From: Prochlorococcus sp. AG-409-B13
Lineage (GTDB): Bacteria; Cyanobacteriota; Cyanobacteriia; PCC-6307; Cyanobiaceae
Assembly: GCA_003216035.1 (NCBI GenBank)
Contig: QCJM01000002.1
Span: forward strand, 82,426 to 146,425
Length of the DNA stretch: 64,000 nt
Direction: 5' to 3'
The translations under genes were made by a program, and so were the position numbers. The first letter of the stretch is position 1; each line of letters starts with the position of its first letter. The notes under the pieces were generated by a model. The model ran no database searches, was not told the origin of the DNA, and was given only the letters and a program-made list of their open reading frames with translations. This document shows, piece by piece, positions 40,903 through 51,848 of the stretch.

Positions 40903-41331
40903 TCAATTCAATGAATAGAGAGAAAGGAAACAAGCAAGTGCAAAAGCCAACCCCCCAAAAATCAATACGTTCTTCTGGCCTGGGGTCAGGTTATTTACAC
41001 CCAAACCATAATTTGAGTTCTCTGCAAACCCACTTGGCTTTGTCCGAGGTCCAATATCTCTGAAGGCATCAATCCTTGCACGGCAGACTGGGCAACGGAA
41101 ACTTTCTTGATCCAGATCAAGAAAAGCCGTTCCAGCTGGAATCCCAAGCTTCTTAACTCCTTCAGTTGGTTCATATATGTAACTACAACTTCTACATTCA
41201 AATCGATGACTGGCCAGCTCATCCATTGATTCAGTAGTTGGGATTTCGGATTGAGGAGTCGAATTTGATTTGGCAGGGACAGATTTCCCCCGAACAGCAT
41301 TATCATCTGAAGGTGCTATCTCATCTGTCAC
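40903..41331 (-). CDS. rub: Membrane-anchored rubredoxin (RubA)
   Basis: The rubredoxin iron site is CRSCSYIYEP...FRCPVCRA, and a C-terminal TM helix follows (VLIFGGLAFALACFLSLY). Confidence 0.88.
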   Translation of the reverse strand: MTDEIAPSDDNAVRGKSVPAKSNSTPQSEIPTTESMDELASHRFECRSCSYIYEPTEGVKKLGIPAGTAFLDLDQESFRCPVCRARIDAFRDIGPRTKPSGFAENSNYGLGVNNLTPGQKNVLIFGGLAFALACFLSLYSLN

Positions 41332-41413
41332 CGCAACTCTCCGATATGAACCAACTCTATCGGCGAAAGCCCTGATCAGTGAATGAGAAACTTATAAAGA
41401 ATTTTTCCTCCCT

Positions 41414-41776
41414 ATGTTTGCCCTCCCGGGTTACGACGCATTCCTAGGTTTTCTGCTTATAGCAGCAGCCGTTCCAGTCCTGTCGTTGATAACAAACAAA
41501 CTTTTATCCCCTCGTAGTAGCAAAGGAGAACGAGAGCTCACTTATGAATCGGGGATGGAACCGATAGGAGGAGCATGGATCCAATTCAACATTCGCTACT
41601 ACATGTTCGCTTTAGTTTTCGTCATATTTGATGTCGAAACCGTTTTCCTGTATCCCTGGGCAGTGGCATTTCATCGACTTGGTTTGTTGGCTTTCATAGA
41701 AGCAACTATTTTTATTGCCATCCTTGTTGTTGCCCTTGCATATGCATGGCGAAAAGGCGCCCTCGAATGGAGTTAA
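41414..41776 (+). CDS. ndhC: NAD(P)H-quinone oxidoreductase subunit 3
   Basis: This 120-aa three-TM protein contains [43 protein letters not shown]. Confidence 0.95.
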   Translation: MFALPGYDAFLGFLLIAAAVPVLSLITNKLLSPRSSKGERELTYESGMEPIGGAWIQFNIRYYMFALVFVIFDVETVFLYPWAVAFHRLGLLAFIEATIFIAILVVALAYAWRKGALEWS

Positions 41777-42533
41777 TCAATTGGAAGAGAACATTTCAAT
41801 AAATGCAGTTAGAGACCTAAGGGCCGCAACCTGTGGTCCGGTTAAGGCGCCAACTGTCACTAATGATCTAAGTGAGAACATTATTCTCACCAGTCTCGAT
41901 GACCTACACAACTGGGCAAGACTAAGTAGTCTCTGGCCTTTGCTTTATGGAACAGCATGCTGCTTTATTGAATTTGCTGCATTAATAGGTTCTAGATTTG
42001 ACTTTGACCGCTTTGGATTAGTCCCTAGAAGCTCACCCCGACAGGCTGATCTTCTAATTGTTGCGGGGACAGTAACTATGAAAATGGCTCCAGCACTCGT
42101 CAGACTGTATGAACAGATGCCGGAACCTAAATATGTCATAGCAATGGGTGCATGTACCATCACTGGAGGGATGTTTAGTGCAGACTCGACTACTGCTGTT
42201 CGAGGAGTGGATAAACTAATTCCAGTGGATTTATACCTGCCGGGTTGTCCCCCAAGGCCTGAAGCTATTTTTGACGCTGTCATAAAACTAAGAAAAAAAG
42301 TAGGAAATGAATCATTTAATGAGCGAAAAAAATTCACACAAACTCACCGTTATTTCACTATTCCCCATCAAATGAAAAAAGTTCAGCCAGTCATAACAGG
42401 AGCCTATCTAAATGCCGAATCTCAAAGATCGGCATTAAATCCAAGCGAAGGGACCCTTCTAGAGCTAGAAGATAAGGCCAAAGAATGTGCCTCTGATTCA
42501 ACATCACTTTTATCAGATGCTGAGAAATCATGA
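41742..42533 (+). CDS. ndhK: NAD(P)H-quinone oxidoreductase subunit K (start uncertain)
   Basis: The Fe-S cluster N2 cysteines are present ([28 protein letters not shown]). Candidate starts are the ATG at 41742 (a 35-nt overlap with ndhC) or the TTG at 41781 (5 nt after the ndhC stop). The ORF-track ATG at 41715 seems too far upstream. Confidence 0.9.
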   Translation: MHGEKAPSNGVNQLEENISINAVRDLRAATCGPVKAPTVTNDLSENIILTSLDDLHNWARLSSLWPLLYGTACCFIEFAALIGSRFDFDRFGLVPRSSPRQADLLIVAGTVTMKMAPALVRLYEQMPEPKYVIAMGACTITGGMFSADSTTAVRGVDKLIPVDLYLPGCPPRPEAIFDAVIKLRKKVGNESFNERKKFTQTHRYFTIPHQMKKVQPVITGAYLNAESQRSALNPSEGTLLELEDKAKECASDSTSLLSDAEKS

Positions 42534-43078
42534 GTGAAGAATCTTCCGCCTCTAAGTCCATAATTAAGGCAGAGCCAGGCCCTACGAGCAAATGGCTAAC
42601 TGAGCAAGATTTTGATCACGAAATACTTGAAGCTGATCATCTTGGAGTTGAAGTTATTGGCATAGAGCCAATCTTCTTGACTCCACTTGTGAAAGCTCTA
42701 AAAGCATTCGGTTTCGACTACCTTCAATGCCAGGGAGGCTACGACGAAGGTCCAGGAAAGAGGCTCGTCTGCTTCTATCACCTAATTGGTATGGCAGAAC
42801 TAGTCAACCAGGATCCGAAGGACAAAAATATAAACAAGCCTCGTGAAGTTCGTATCAAAGTTTTCTTATCTAGAGATGGCTCCCTAAAGGTGCCAAGCCT
42901 ATACAAACTTTTCAGAGGAGCAGATTGGCAGGAAAGAGAAACCTTCGACATGTTTGGCATAAACTTTGAAGGTCATCCACACCCCAAAAGATTACTAATG
43001 CCAGAAGACTGGAAAGGATGGCCATTAAGAAAAGACTATGTTCAACCAGACTTTTATGAAATGCAGGATGCTTATTGA
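42530..43078 (+). CDS. ndhJ: NAD(P)H-quinone oxidoreductase subunit J
   Basis: [31 protein letters not shown] is present. The ATG overlaps the ndhK TGA (ATGA). Confidence 0.93.
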   Translation: MSEESSASKSIIKAEPGPTSKWLTEQDFDHEILEADHLGVEVIGIEPIFLTPLVKALKAFGFDYLQCQGGYDEGPGKRLVCFYHLIGMAELVNQDPKDKNINKPREVRIKVFLSRDGSLKVPSLYKLFRGADWQERETFDMFGINFEGHPHPKRLLMPEDWKGWPLRKDYVQPDFYEMQDAY

Positions 43079-44502
43079 AAATCCCTTTTATATTTACGAA
43101 AAAAGCGCATGATTGCTAGCGATAGACTACGTGGATCATGTCTCAATGTTGCCGTTGGTCTACGACCTTGAAGAGGTGCTTGCATAACTTCATAGCCCTG
43201 TAATCTTAGAGACCTTTGATCACATATAACAGGCTCGGCCCCCCTTGCACGATAGTACTCAATAAGAGGAGATGGAGCCATATCATCTTGCGCCAAAACA
43301 GAGCTAAAAAGTCTTTTACCAATGCCTAAACTTGCTAATTGAGCTTCTATAGCCCTTAGATGACCTTCTACATCAAGGCCATCTGTTTCCCCTGGCTGGG
43401 TCATCAAATTGCAGATATATAACTTAGGAGCATTACTGCGTTCAATTGCAGCTACAAGTTCTGGGACCAAAAGGTTAGGTAACAGCGAGGTGTAAAGACT
43501 CCCTGGCCCCAGCAATATCAACTCTGCATTTGCAATTGCTTCTAAAGCACTAGGTAATGCAGGGGGTTGCTCAGGCAAACATCCCATTCTCACGATGGGA
43601 CTAGGTGCCTTCCCAATAGCTGATTCCCCTTCAATCCTTTGACCATTTTCCAATTCAGCCCAAAGACGCACATCTGCATTAGTGGCTGGTACAACCTGTC
43701 CTTGAACTGCCAGTACTCGACTTGAAGCCGTTATTGCTGTCTCTAAATTACCCGTAATAGCAGTTAAAGCTGAAAGGAAAAGGTTCCCAAAGCTATGCCC
43801 CTCTAATCCACTTCCTGCTGAAAATCTGTATTGAAAAAGCCTTGTCAAAAGAGGCTCTTCAGTCGATAAGGCTGCGAGGCAATTTCGAATATCGCCAGGT
43901 GGTTGCACTCCTAATTCCCTACGCAATATTCCACTGCTGCCACCATCATCAGCAACCGTCACAATTGCTGTGATCCGACTGCTATGCCTCTTAAGGCCAC
44001 TGAGAAGGGTAGAAAGGCCAGTACCTCCACCAATAGCCACAATGTTTGGCCCCCGATTCAACTTGCTCTTAGCTCTCAGCGCATCTACTAAAACGGTGTC
44101 CTTATCAGGAGCCAAAGCCTCCTGAATCGAACCAAAGCTACGGCTTTGCCCCCACAAAAGAAGCCCAGCACCAATCAACAAAACCAAAGGCCCCGTAATG
44201 CTTCTAGGCAAAACTGTTGTAATGGCCCCCAAGAGCCATACGACAGTCTCAATCGTCCAATAAATGGGCTTTAAATCTGCCCAGATCGCTGCACCAAGAA
44301 GAGCTAATAACAAGCCCAATCCAGAAGTCAACATCCATCGCTTAACAACCAGGCCTGGCAAAAGCCATCTGACAGCCCTTCTTGAACGAGTAATCAAATC
44401 CTTAGGCTTTGCTCCTTTCAAAGCTCTTTGACGACGCCTTGAGGCTCTGCGCTGGCGCTGGCGGCTTTTAATTGAAGTTGAAGGAGAATTCGGCGAGGTC
44501 AC
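43072..44502 (-). CDS. YvcK/CofD-like (UPF0052, gluconeogenesis-factor family) protein with an Arg-rich, membrane-spanning N-terminal extension
   Basis: The core carries [18 protein letters not shown]. The first about 130 aa are [13 protein letters not shown] followed by hydrophobic helices. Confidence 0.8.
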   Translation of the reverse strand: MTSPNSPSTSIKSRQRQRRASRRRQRALKGAKPKDLITRSRRAVRWLLPGLVVKRWMLTSGLGLLLALLGAAIWADLKPIYWTIETVVWLLGAITTVLPRSITGPLVLLIGAGLLLWGQSRSFGSIQEALAPDKDTVLVDALRAKSKLNRGPNIVAIGGGTGLSTLLSGLKRHSSRITAIVTVADDGGSSGILRRELGVQPPGDIRNCLAALSTEEPLLTRLFQYRFSAGSGLEGHSFGNLFLSALTAITGNLETAITASSRVLAVQGQVVPATNADVRLWAELENGQRIEGESAIGKAPSPIVRMGCLPEQPPALPSALEAIANAELILLGPGSLYTSLLPNLLVPELVAAIERSNAPKLYICNLMTQPGETDGLDVEGHLRAIEAQLASLGIGKRLFSSVLAQDDMAPSPLIEYYRARGAEPVICDQRSLRLQGYEVMQAPLQGRRPTATLRHDPRSLSLAIMRFFRKYKRDFQ

Positions 44503-44577
44503 ATTTACGAAGGAAGCTCGGCCGTAGATAGCTTGAGAACTCTAAGGAAGCTTCCCTAATTGCACATCCCAGGCAAG

Positions 44578-45396
44578 ATGAGTTTGTGCAGTTCCACGCT
44601 TGGAGAAAAAGTGCCTCAAACCACACCCGTGGTCGAGATGCAAGCTCTAACTATGCAATGGGGAACAATCCCTGTGCTAGATGAGGTCAATCTGGTTATG
44701 AAACCAGGTGAAAGATTAGCCATAGTTGGGCCGTCTGGTTGTGGGAAATCAACAATCCTGAGACTTTTGGCTGGGCTTTTATTACCCACCTCAGGACAAT
44801 TAAACCTATTTGGCCAATGTCAGAATTATTTGCGTCTTGATCAAAGTGAACCTCCTGATGTGAGACTGGTTTTTCAAAATCCAGCATTACTAGGCTCTTT
44901 AACTGTCGAAGAAAACGTTGGGTTTCTACTAATCCGAGGCGGGCGTCTTAATGAAAAAGAAATTCATAGCCATGTGATGTCATGCCTCAAAGAAGTTGGT
45001 CTTTATGACGTAGCGGATAAATTCCCAGGAGAACTCAGTGGAGGAATGCAAAAACGAGTTAGTTTTGCAAGAGCACTAATTAATGATCCATACAGAGACA
45101 AGGGTGCAATGCCTTTGCTCTTGTATGACGAACCAACAGCTGGACTTGATCCTGTTGCATGTACTCGAATTGAAGATCTGATAGTAAAAACCACCAAAAT
45201 GGCTTGTGGATGTTCAATGGTTGTAAGTCACGTACGCAGCACTATTGAACGATCTGCAAACAGAGTATTAATGCTGTATGGAGGCAAGTTTCAATGGGAT
45301 GGCTCCATCGAAGAATTTAGGCAAAGTGATAATCCTTATGTTGAACAGTTCCGTAAAGGTAGCCTTCACGGACCTATGCAACCTGCAGATCATTGA
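44578..45396 (+). CDS. ABC transporter ATP-binding protein (MlaF/Ttg2A-like)
   Basis: Walker A GPSGCGKST, signature LSGGMQKRVSFARA and Walker B LLLYDEPTAGLD are present. The start is placed at the ATG at 44578; an in-frame TTG lies at 44560. Confidence 0.85.
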   Translation: MSLCSSTLGEKVPQTTPVVEMQALTMQWGTIPVLDEVNLVMKPGERLAIVGPSGCGKSTILRLLAGLLLPTSGQLNLFGQCQNYLRLDQSEPPDVRLVFQNPALLGSLTVEENVGFLLIRGGRLNEKEIHSHVMSCLKEVGLYDVADKFPGELSGGMQKRVSFARALINDPYRDKGAMPLLLYDEPTAGLDPVACTRIEDLIVKTTKMACGCSMVVSHVRSTIERSANRVLMLYGGKFQWDGSIEEFRQSDNPYVEQFRKGSLHGPMQPADH

Positions 45397-45401
45397 ATTC
45401 C

Positions 45402-46274
45402 ATGCGACGCAGCGTTCGTGATGCAATTGTTGGCTTTTCTCTTGTTGGAGGAATAGTTGCCTTCGCAACAACAATGCTTTGGTTAAGAGGAGTCAGACTG
45501 AGCGCCACTGCATGGAACATAACTGCAAGTTTCAAAGATGCCACTGGATTAGCAGAACGATCACCTGTTACATATCGAGGCATCCTGGTTGGTTCAGTGG
45601 GAAAAATCCAGGTAACTCCCGACGCAGTACAAGCCACTCTCGAGATCGATAAAGGCAATCTTCGTTTACCAAAACCAGTCGTAGCCAAAGTGTTTACGAG
45701 CTCTTTATTAGGAGGTGACGTCCACGTTTCATTAATTAGCCGTGGCAGCAAGCCAAGCGACCTCAAAGCTCCAATGCCTGGTGCCACTAATTGCTATGAG
45801 AGCAATATTCTCTGTAATGGCGAAGTTATTACTGGAGAATCATTAACAAGTATCTCTACCTTGACTGAAGAGTTAGAGCGAATACTTCAAAAAGCTGATA
45901 AGCAAGATATAGTTGCTAGTCTAGTTGATTCAACTAGACAATTTGATATTACTCAGAAGAATCTGGACGAATTAATTCAGCAAGTTAAATCCGAAGTCTT
46001 ACGAGCAAAGCCAATAATCACAAACCTCTCCCTTGCAAGCACTCATATCAGCAATATTCTTGCTGCATTAGACAATCCCAAGACTCTTAATGATATCCAA
46101 CAAACTGCCAGCTCAACAAGATCTATAACAAATAAAATTGATTCTCTTGGTACCGATATGCAAGAGATAATAAGTGATGAAGATCTAATGAAAGCGCTTA
46201 GGAGTGTAACTATAGGTCTAGGGGAATTCTTCAATGAGCTTTATCCAGAAGAGACAAAAGAAAAAAACAATTAA
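45402..46274 (+). CDS. MCE/MlaD-family substrate-binding protein with a coiled-coil C-terminus
   Basis: An N-terminal TM helix is followed by an MCE domain (SPVTYRGILVGSVGKIQV). The start is the ATG at 45402; an in-frame TTG at 45393 overlaps the upstream TGA. Confidence 0.8.
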   Translation: MRRSVRDAIVGFSLVGGIVAFATTMLWLRGVRLSATAWNITASFKDATGLAERSPVTYRGILVGSVGKIQVTPDAVQATLEIDKGNLRLPKPVVAKVFTSSLLGGDVHVSLISRGSKPSDLKAPMPGATNCYESNILCNGEVITGESLTSISTLTEELERILQKADKQDIVASLVDSTRQFDITQKNLDELIQQVKSEVLRAKPIITNLSLASTHISNILAALDNPKTLNDIQQTASSTRSITNKIDSLGTDMQEIISDEDLMKALRSVTIGLGEFFNELYPEETKEKNN

Positions 46275-46312
46275 AATAAAATCATAATTTAATCTTTTCT
46301 TTAAAAAATTAC

Positions 46313-48457
46313 TCAATTAACTTTATTAATTGCCTCCATTGCAATAGAAGCAATAGCTTGATCACTAGCCTTAGGTAACTGAACATATTTCCCTCCAGCC
46401 GCTTCAGCCAAGTCTTTGCCCATTCCACTACCAATGAACTTTCGCTCAGTATCAATTACTAACAACTTAATTCCCAAACCACGATATCTACCTGCCACAT
46501 CTAAAACCTCTTGTTTTAAATCCACTGATTCTTCCCCTTCCAATGTCGGTTGGCCAAGAGAAGTACCTAAAGGAACGTTACCCCGTCCGTCTGTAATTGC
46601 GACCACCACCACCTGACCAAGGTCACCAGTTGCCAATGCATTAGCACCAACCCTTGCTGCCTGAGTCAATCCATGTGCAAGAGGGGAGCCTCCGCCACAG
46701 GGCATAATTTCCAATCTTCTTTTGGCTGCAGTAATAGATCGCGTAGGAGGGAGCAAAACTTCAGCTTGTTCCCCTCTAAATGGAATCAAAGAAACCTCAT
46801 CTCGATTCTCATAAGCCTCAGTAAGCAAGCGAATTACAGCCCCTTTTGCTCCCTGCATACGATTCAAAGCCATTGAACCACTAGCATCAACTAAAAATAT
46901 GACTAAAGAGCCAGCTTTTCTTTGAAGCAACTTAGCTCTCAAATCGCCTTCCTCCACAATCACCGTTCTCCCTGGCTGTCTTTCCCTACGAACTTTTTGA
47001 TAAGGAGCCGCAGCTCTTAATGTTGCATCGACTGCTATTCGACGAACTGGACCTCGAGGGATTATTGGCTTCACATAACGACCCCTATTATCACTGAGCA
47101 CCATTGAACGACTCCCACTATTCCCAGATTTCGACTTCGCCGAAGAAAACATCAAAAGATCTGGGTCTATTAATACTGCCTCCGGGTCAAGCATGAACTC
47201 TTCAGGGACTGGAGGTGAAGCCTGATCCTCATTCGTATCGTCATCATCCTCTTCCTGTTCTTCTTCCTGTGAATCTTCCTGCTCTTCTGGAGGAGGAGGA
47301 GCTTGCTGATCCTCTGGAGGAGGAGGTTCTAGTTGCTCTTCCTGCGGAGGGAGTTGTAATGCGCGAGGGGCAATCACCAGACGAACAGCCACCTGGAGAT
47401 CATCAGCATCCACTTGATCTCTACCACTCAAAGCAGCATGCGCCCTTGCCACTCTTACTGCATAAAGTTCTGAACGATGTCCTTCTACACCTCCTCTAAT
47501 AGCTTCTGTCACCAAATATTGAATTTGCTCTTTAGAAATTTGAACGTCAGGAAGCCACTGCCGAGCTAAAAGCAATTGAGTTGACAATGATTCCGTCTCC
47601 TTAGCCCATTTATTGGCAAAGCTTGTGCTGCATTGACCATGAGCAATTACAGCCTGAGTAATTTCAACCCTCTGCTCATTACTTACTAACTGATCTGCAG
47701 ACAAAACAATCGCGAATCGATCAAGAAGATGATCACGAACAGTACCCTCTTCAGGATTGTAAGTAGCAAGTAATAAAGGTCTACAAGGGTGACTAAGACT
47801 AAGTCCTTCACGCTCAACCTGGTTCTCTCCAGCACCAACTGCAGCCAAGAAAAGATTAACTATTCCATCTTCAAGCAAGTTCAACTCATCTACATAAAGC
47901 ACTCCTCTATGTGCCTCAGCAAGAAGTCCTGGCTGAAAAACAGGCGACCCACTAGCGAGCGAAGCTGTTACATCGACAGCACCAACCAATCTGTCTTCTG
48001 TAATTCCAAGAGGAATTTGCACAAAGGGTGCTGGAACTACTCTTGTTGGAAGGCTTAATTTTGTTTTTTCATCAAAATTTGAATAGCCCTGCTGCTTTAG
48101 CAAAACCTTTGTCCCTTCGTCCCATTCCTCAGGAGAATTAGGGTCAAGGTTCCTCCCAGCTGGACGTGGGACTTGATCGTTAGCCTGTTGTAAATCCTTA
48201 AACGACAAGTCAAGAACTTCTATAGGTGGCAATAAAGCATGCAAACCTCTCGCTAAAACAGATTTCCCAGTGCCACGACCACCTGCAATAATCACGCCCC
48301 CAAGGCCTGGATCTACCGCTGCAAGCAATAAAGCCAACTTCAAAGTCCCATGACCAGTTATGGCTGCAAGAGGAAAGGCTCGATTAGCCATCTCTTGAGC
48401 TGCACGTTCGCTTGGCCCTGAGATATTGGAGGTATTAATCGATCCACTTGCAACCAT
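46313..48457 (-). CDS. chlD: Magnesium chelatase subunit D
   Basis: It has an AAA+ N-terminal half, a Pro/acidic linker ([38 protein letters not shown]), and a C-terminal vWA domain with MIDAS motif VDASGSM. An alternative start is M23 at 48391. Confidence 0.93.
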   Translation of the reverse strand: MVASGSINTSNISGPSERAAQEMANRAFPLAAITGHGTLKLALLLAAVDPGLGGVIIAGGRGTGKSVLARGLHALLPPIEVLDLSFKDLQQANDQVPRPAGRNLDPNSPEEWDEGTKVLLKQQGYSNFDEKTKLSLPTRVVPAPFVQIPLGITEDRLVGAVDVTASLASGSPVFQPGLLAEAHRGVLYVDELNLLEDGIVNLFLAAVGAGENQVEREGLSLSHPCRPLLLATYNPEEGTVRDHLLDRFAIVLSADQLVSNEQRVEITQAVIAHGQCSTSFANKWAKETESLSTQLLLARQWLPDVQISKEQIQYLVTEAIRGGVEGHRSELYAVRVARAHAALSGRDQVDADDLQVAVRLVIAPRALQLPPQEEQLEPPPPEDQQAPPPPEEQEDSQEEEQEEDDDDTNEDQASPPVPEEFMLDPEAVLIDPDLLMFSSAKSKSGNSGSRSMVLSDNRGRYVKPIIPRGPVRRIAVDATLRAAAPYQKVRRERQPGRTVIVEEGDLRAKLLQRKAGSLVIFLVDASGSMALNRMQGAKGAVIRLLTEAYENRDEVSLIPFRGEQAEVLLPPTRSITAAKRRLEIMPCGGGSPLAHGLTQAARVGANALATGDLGQVVVVAITDGRGNVPLGTSLGQPTLEGEESVDLKQEVLDVAGRYRGLGIKLLVIDTERKFIGSGMGKDLAEAAGGKYVQLPKASDQAIASIAMEAINKVN

Positions 48458-48461
48458 TTGG

Positions 48462-49082
48462 ATGTCCCCACCCGATTACTTTTGCGCCAGTCTCGCTGAT
48501 CAGCAGATCAATAGGCCAGCATCCTCTTCTCCAAACACACTTGCTATTGCACTTGGTGCAAATCTACCAAGCAATGAAGGGCCTCCTTTATCAACCCTAA
48601 AAGCTGCTAGACCAAAGCTAGAAACCTTAATTTCGGACTGGCTTACTTCTTCACTTAAAGAAAAGTCAAGCTTAGTAGAAACTCCTTCAAGCCTGAGGTT
48701 TCGATGGTCACCTTTATTTGAAACTGACCCAGTAGGAGGCTCAAAGAATCAGCCTATTTATATCAATGCTGTTGTGGTAATTGATGGCCCAAAACTTGCT
48801 CGTCTGAACCCATCAAAGACAGTTGCACTCAACTTGCTAGAAAGATTGTTGAGCCTTGAAAGGCTTTTCGGAAGAAAACGTAATCCTGATGAGGCAAGGT
48901 GGGGGCCAAGATCTTTAGATTTAGATTTACTGGCATGGGGAGATCTTCAAATACAAGAAAAATCTCTAATCCTCCCTCATCCCAGACTGATTGAACGCAA
49001 TTTTGTCATAACCCCTTTAGCAGCAGCCCTAAGTATTGACGAAAAAGAACCACGCCAAATAACTACAGAAATAAACTGGTAG
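48462..49082 (+). CDS. folK: 2-amino-4-hydroxy-6-hydroxymethyldihydropteridine diphosphokinase
   Basis: [19 protein letters not shown] and [16 protein letters not shown] are present. The start is placed at the ATG at 48462; the ORF-track TTG at 48426 would overlap chlD. Confidence 0.85.
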   Translation: MSPPDYFCASLADQQINRPASSSPNTLAIALGANLPSNEGPPLSTLKAARPKLETLISDWLTSSLKEKSSLVETPSSLRFRWSPLFETDPVGGSKNQPIYINAVVVIDGPKLARLNPSKTVALNLLERLLSLERLFGRKRNPDEARWGPRSLDLDLLAWGDLQIQEKSLILPHPRLIERNFVITPLAAALSIDEKEPRQITTEINW

Positions 49083-49155
49083 GGATGAGGTTTCTTCGAC
49101 AATTGCGACTGATTCCTGAACCAGTTGCCATGCTTAATTCAACTGCTTTTTATTC

Positions 49156-49716
49156 ATGGTTCCATTGCCGCCCATTGAGCCATCAGTTCATCTAAATACA
49201 ACAGCATCACTTGATTCTCGAAAAATCCGATTTGAAGTCAACCGTATTGTTCTACCTATTGGAATAGAAGGCACCTTTGGTGTAATTCGCCATCCTGGCG
49301 CTTCTTTAGCAGTGCCCATTACAGACAACGGTCAAGTTGTCGTTCTTCGCCAATATCGCTTTGCAGTAGCTAGGCGGATCCTGGAATTTCCTGCAGGGAC
49401 TCTTGAAGAGAGCGAAGATCCTCTGAGCTCTATGAAAAGAGAGCTCGCAGAAGAAGCAGGCTATGAAGCCAATCGATGGGAGCCTTTAGGGCAAATGCTG
49501 CCCTGTCCTGGATATTCAGATGAAATTATCCATCTTTTTCTAGCAAGAGAGCTCAAGACACTTCAAGAGCGCCCAGAAGGCGACGAAGACGAAGACCTAG
49601 AAGTACTCCATATGTCTCCAGAAGAACTAGACGAAAAGCTTTCAAGTGGGAATGAAGCTCTAGACGGGAAAAGCATTACAGCTTGGTATCGAGCCAAGCA
49701 AGTACTTAATGCATAA
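49156..49716 (+). CDS. NUDIX hydrolase (ADP-ribose pyrophosphatase-like)
   Basis: The Nudix box GTLEESEDPLSSMKRELAEEAGY is present. Confidence 0.85.
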   Translation: MVPLPPIEPSVHLNTTASLDSRKIRFEVNRIVLPIGIEGTFGVIRHPGASLAVPITDNGQVVVLRQYRFAVARRILEFPAGTLEESEDPLSSMKRELAEEAGYEANRWEPLGQMLPCPGYSDEIIHLFLARELKTLQERPEGDEDEDLEVLHMSPEELDEKLSSGNEALDGKSITAWYRAKQVLNA

Positions 49717-49830
49717 AAGTATTCTTTGGCCTTCCCATAACTTTCTTTTTCAAAAGAGCTATTTATACTGGCCCAAACAAAATCAATAGCCAACTTAAAT
49801 CGAAAATATTAAATATATAATTACCAGTAT

Positions 49831-51060
49831 CTAAGTTAAGACTTGCAATCTAGTTGCACTAGAAAGTATCTGCTTAATTTTTTCTGCAACATATTTCTGC
49901 TGCTCAAAGGTTATCTCTGGAAAAATTGGCAGACTTAAGACTTGACTACATAGCTTCTCTGCAATTGGCAATTCACCAATTTTATAATTTAGGCCCTGAT
50001 ACGCAGGCTGAAGATGTATAGGTATTGGGTAATAAATAATTGTATTAATATCATTTTTATAAAGACTTGCCTTCAGCCAGTCCCGAGAGCGACTATCACC
50101 ATACTTACCAATGCCTTCAGTATCAATATTAATTGACTCTTGACTTTTTCCAGAATCATCCACAGGGTGGTTTCTAACTTTTATCACATATTGATTCCAT
50201 GAATGGACCATATTCAGTTGATTATTGCTTACAGGTAGATCAATATCTTGCAAGTCTTTAAGTAATTCTTGATATCTAGCAGCTATTAATTGACGCTTCT
50301 CAATCCAAGCAGGTAGTCTAGGTAATTTTACATTGAGAATAGCCGCCTGAATTGCATCTAAGCGACTGTTGTATCCAAGTTCAGCATGCAAATATCGCCG
50401 CGGCATTCCATGAATAGCCAATTCTCGCATTCGCTTAGCAAGATGAAAATCTTTAGTGGTAGTAGCTCCAGCATCACCAGCGGCGCCAAGATTCTTAGTG
50501 GGGAAAAAGCTAAAACAACCAATATCACCCCAGCTACCTACAGACTGATCATTCCATTTAGTGCCACAAGCCTGAGCGCAATCTTCAATCACTTTAAGAT
50601 CTTTTTTCTTAGCTAATTTCATCAAGCGCTCCATATCTACTGGTCGACCAAAAAGGTGAACAGGCAAGATTGCTCTTGTTGCTGGACTTATTGCATCCTC
50701 AACCTTTTGTAAATCAATTAAATAATCATTAGGATCAACATCAACAAATACGGGGGTCGCTCCTACAGCACTTATTGCCTCTGCTGTAGCAAAGAAACTA
50801 AATGAACAAGTAATAACCTCATCACCTTGGCCAATATCTAGAGCTCTCAATGCAAGTATCAACGCATCCGTTCCACTATTACAACCAATTGCATATGGCA
50901 CATTAATGCTGGCAGCAAAAGTTTCTTCAAAAGCCTGAACTACCTGACCCCCTATGTAATTGCCACTACGAAGCACTCTAAGTACAGCCTCATCTAGCTC
51001 TGGCTGTAGCTCTTCTATCTGCTTGGAAAGACTGAAAGGAGGAACTTGCATAAAAAGCAC
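49831..51060 (-). CDS. DegT/DnrJ/EryC1/StrS-family sugar aminotransferase
   Basis: The PLP-enzyme pattern is readable (GDEVITCSFSFFATAEAI; SFFPTKNLGAAGDAGA, which holds the Lys). An insertion of about 35 aa (DDSGKSQESINIDTEGIGKYGDSRSRDW) is present relative to my memory of the family. An alternative start is the ATG at 51051. Confidence 0.85.
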   Translation of the reverse strand: MLFMQVPPFSLSKQIEELQPELDEAVLRVLRSGNYIGGQVVQAFEETFAASINVPYAIGCNSGTDALILALRALDIGQGDEVITCSFSFFATAEAISAVGATPVFVDVDPNDYLIDLQKVEDAISPATRAILPVHLFGRPVDMERLMKLAKKKDLKVIEDCAQACGTKWNDQSVGSWGDIGCFSFFPTKNLGAAGDAGATTTKDFHLAKRMRELAIHGMPRRYLHAELGYNSRLDAIQAAILNVKLPRLPAWIEKRQLIAARYQELLKDLQDIDLPVSNNQLNMVHSWNQYVIKVRNHPVDDSGKSQESINIDTEGIGKYGDSRSRDWLKASLYKNDINTIIYYPIPIHLQPAYQGLNYKIGELPIAEKLCSQVLSLPIFPEITFEQQKYVAEKIKQILSSATRLQVLT

Positions 51061-51105
51061 CTTAATCCTTTCGGAGAAAGCCCTAAATCTTTTTCAAGGG
51101 TGAGA

Positions 51106-51726
51106 TCAACCAAACCAAGGGGGCTCATTACCAGGATGCCATTTGATATTGCAGCCAATAGAAGGTTTTTGATCTATCAAAACTGTTTCCCCTAGTAAAA
51201 CTGCATTTAAAGCAGTTCGAAGATCACCTCCATTTATTGCCAGATCATTACCTGGACGACTGCTGTCGAACTGGCCTCGGTAGCGCAGCTGATATTCCCC
51301 TTCGCCTATTTGCGAAAAAAGAAAAAAGTCTGGAGTGCATGCGGCCCTAAGTGCCTTTGCAAAGTTCTGATCTAGATCCAATAAATAAGGGAACCTCCAA
51401 CCATGCTGCTCGGCCTGCTTCGCCAAATTTTCAGGACCATCTTGCGGATGTGTAATCAAACTATTACTCGCGATAGCAAGAATCTGAACAAGGTTGCCAT
51501 AGTCCTTATCCAAAGCCGCAATAGCCTCTTCAAGGTGCTTCACGAAAGGACAATGCGCGCAAATAACCATCACAAGCAATGGCTTCCCTAACAACAATTT
51601 GTCGCTAAAAAAGTCCAGGGTTCTTAATTGAGCATCCCCCCTGAGATTGGTTCCTGGAACGATAGCCAATTCAAACGTTGGGAGTGGAGTGCCCAACGGA
51701 AGCATTGTGGAATTTGTGCAGACCAT
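51106..51726 (-). CDS. Thioredoxin-fold thiol-disulfide oxidoreductase (AhpC/TSA-like family)
   Basis: A CxxC motif (VICAHCPFV) sits in thioredoxin-fold context. The protein is 206 aa. Confidence 0.7.
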   Translation of the reverse strand: MVCTNSTMLPLGTPLPTFELAIVPGTNLRGDAQLRTLDFFSDKLLLGKPLLVMVICAHCPFVKHLEEAIAALDKDYGNLVQILAIASNSLITHPQDGPENLAKQAEQHGWRFPYLLDLDQNFAKALRAACTPDFFLFSQIGEGEYQLRYRGQFDSSRPGNDLAINGGDLRTALNAVLLGETVLIDQKPSIGCNIKWHPGNEPPWFG

Positions 51727-51848
51727 GGATTTAAAGCTGGTTCCTCAAGCCTGATTGAATATCAGTGTTCATAGCGATATTTACGGACTTATTAGAGAGC
51801 GTGCACCGCATAGGAGAGAATCATCAAAATATTCCAGCATTTCAAAAT

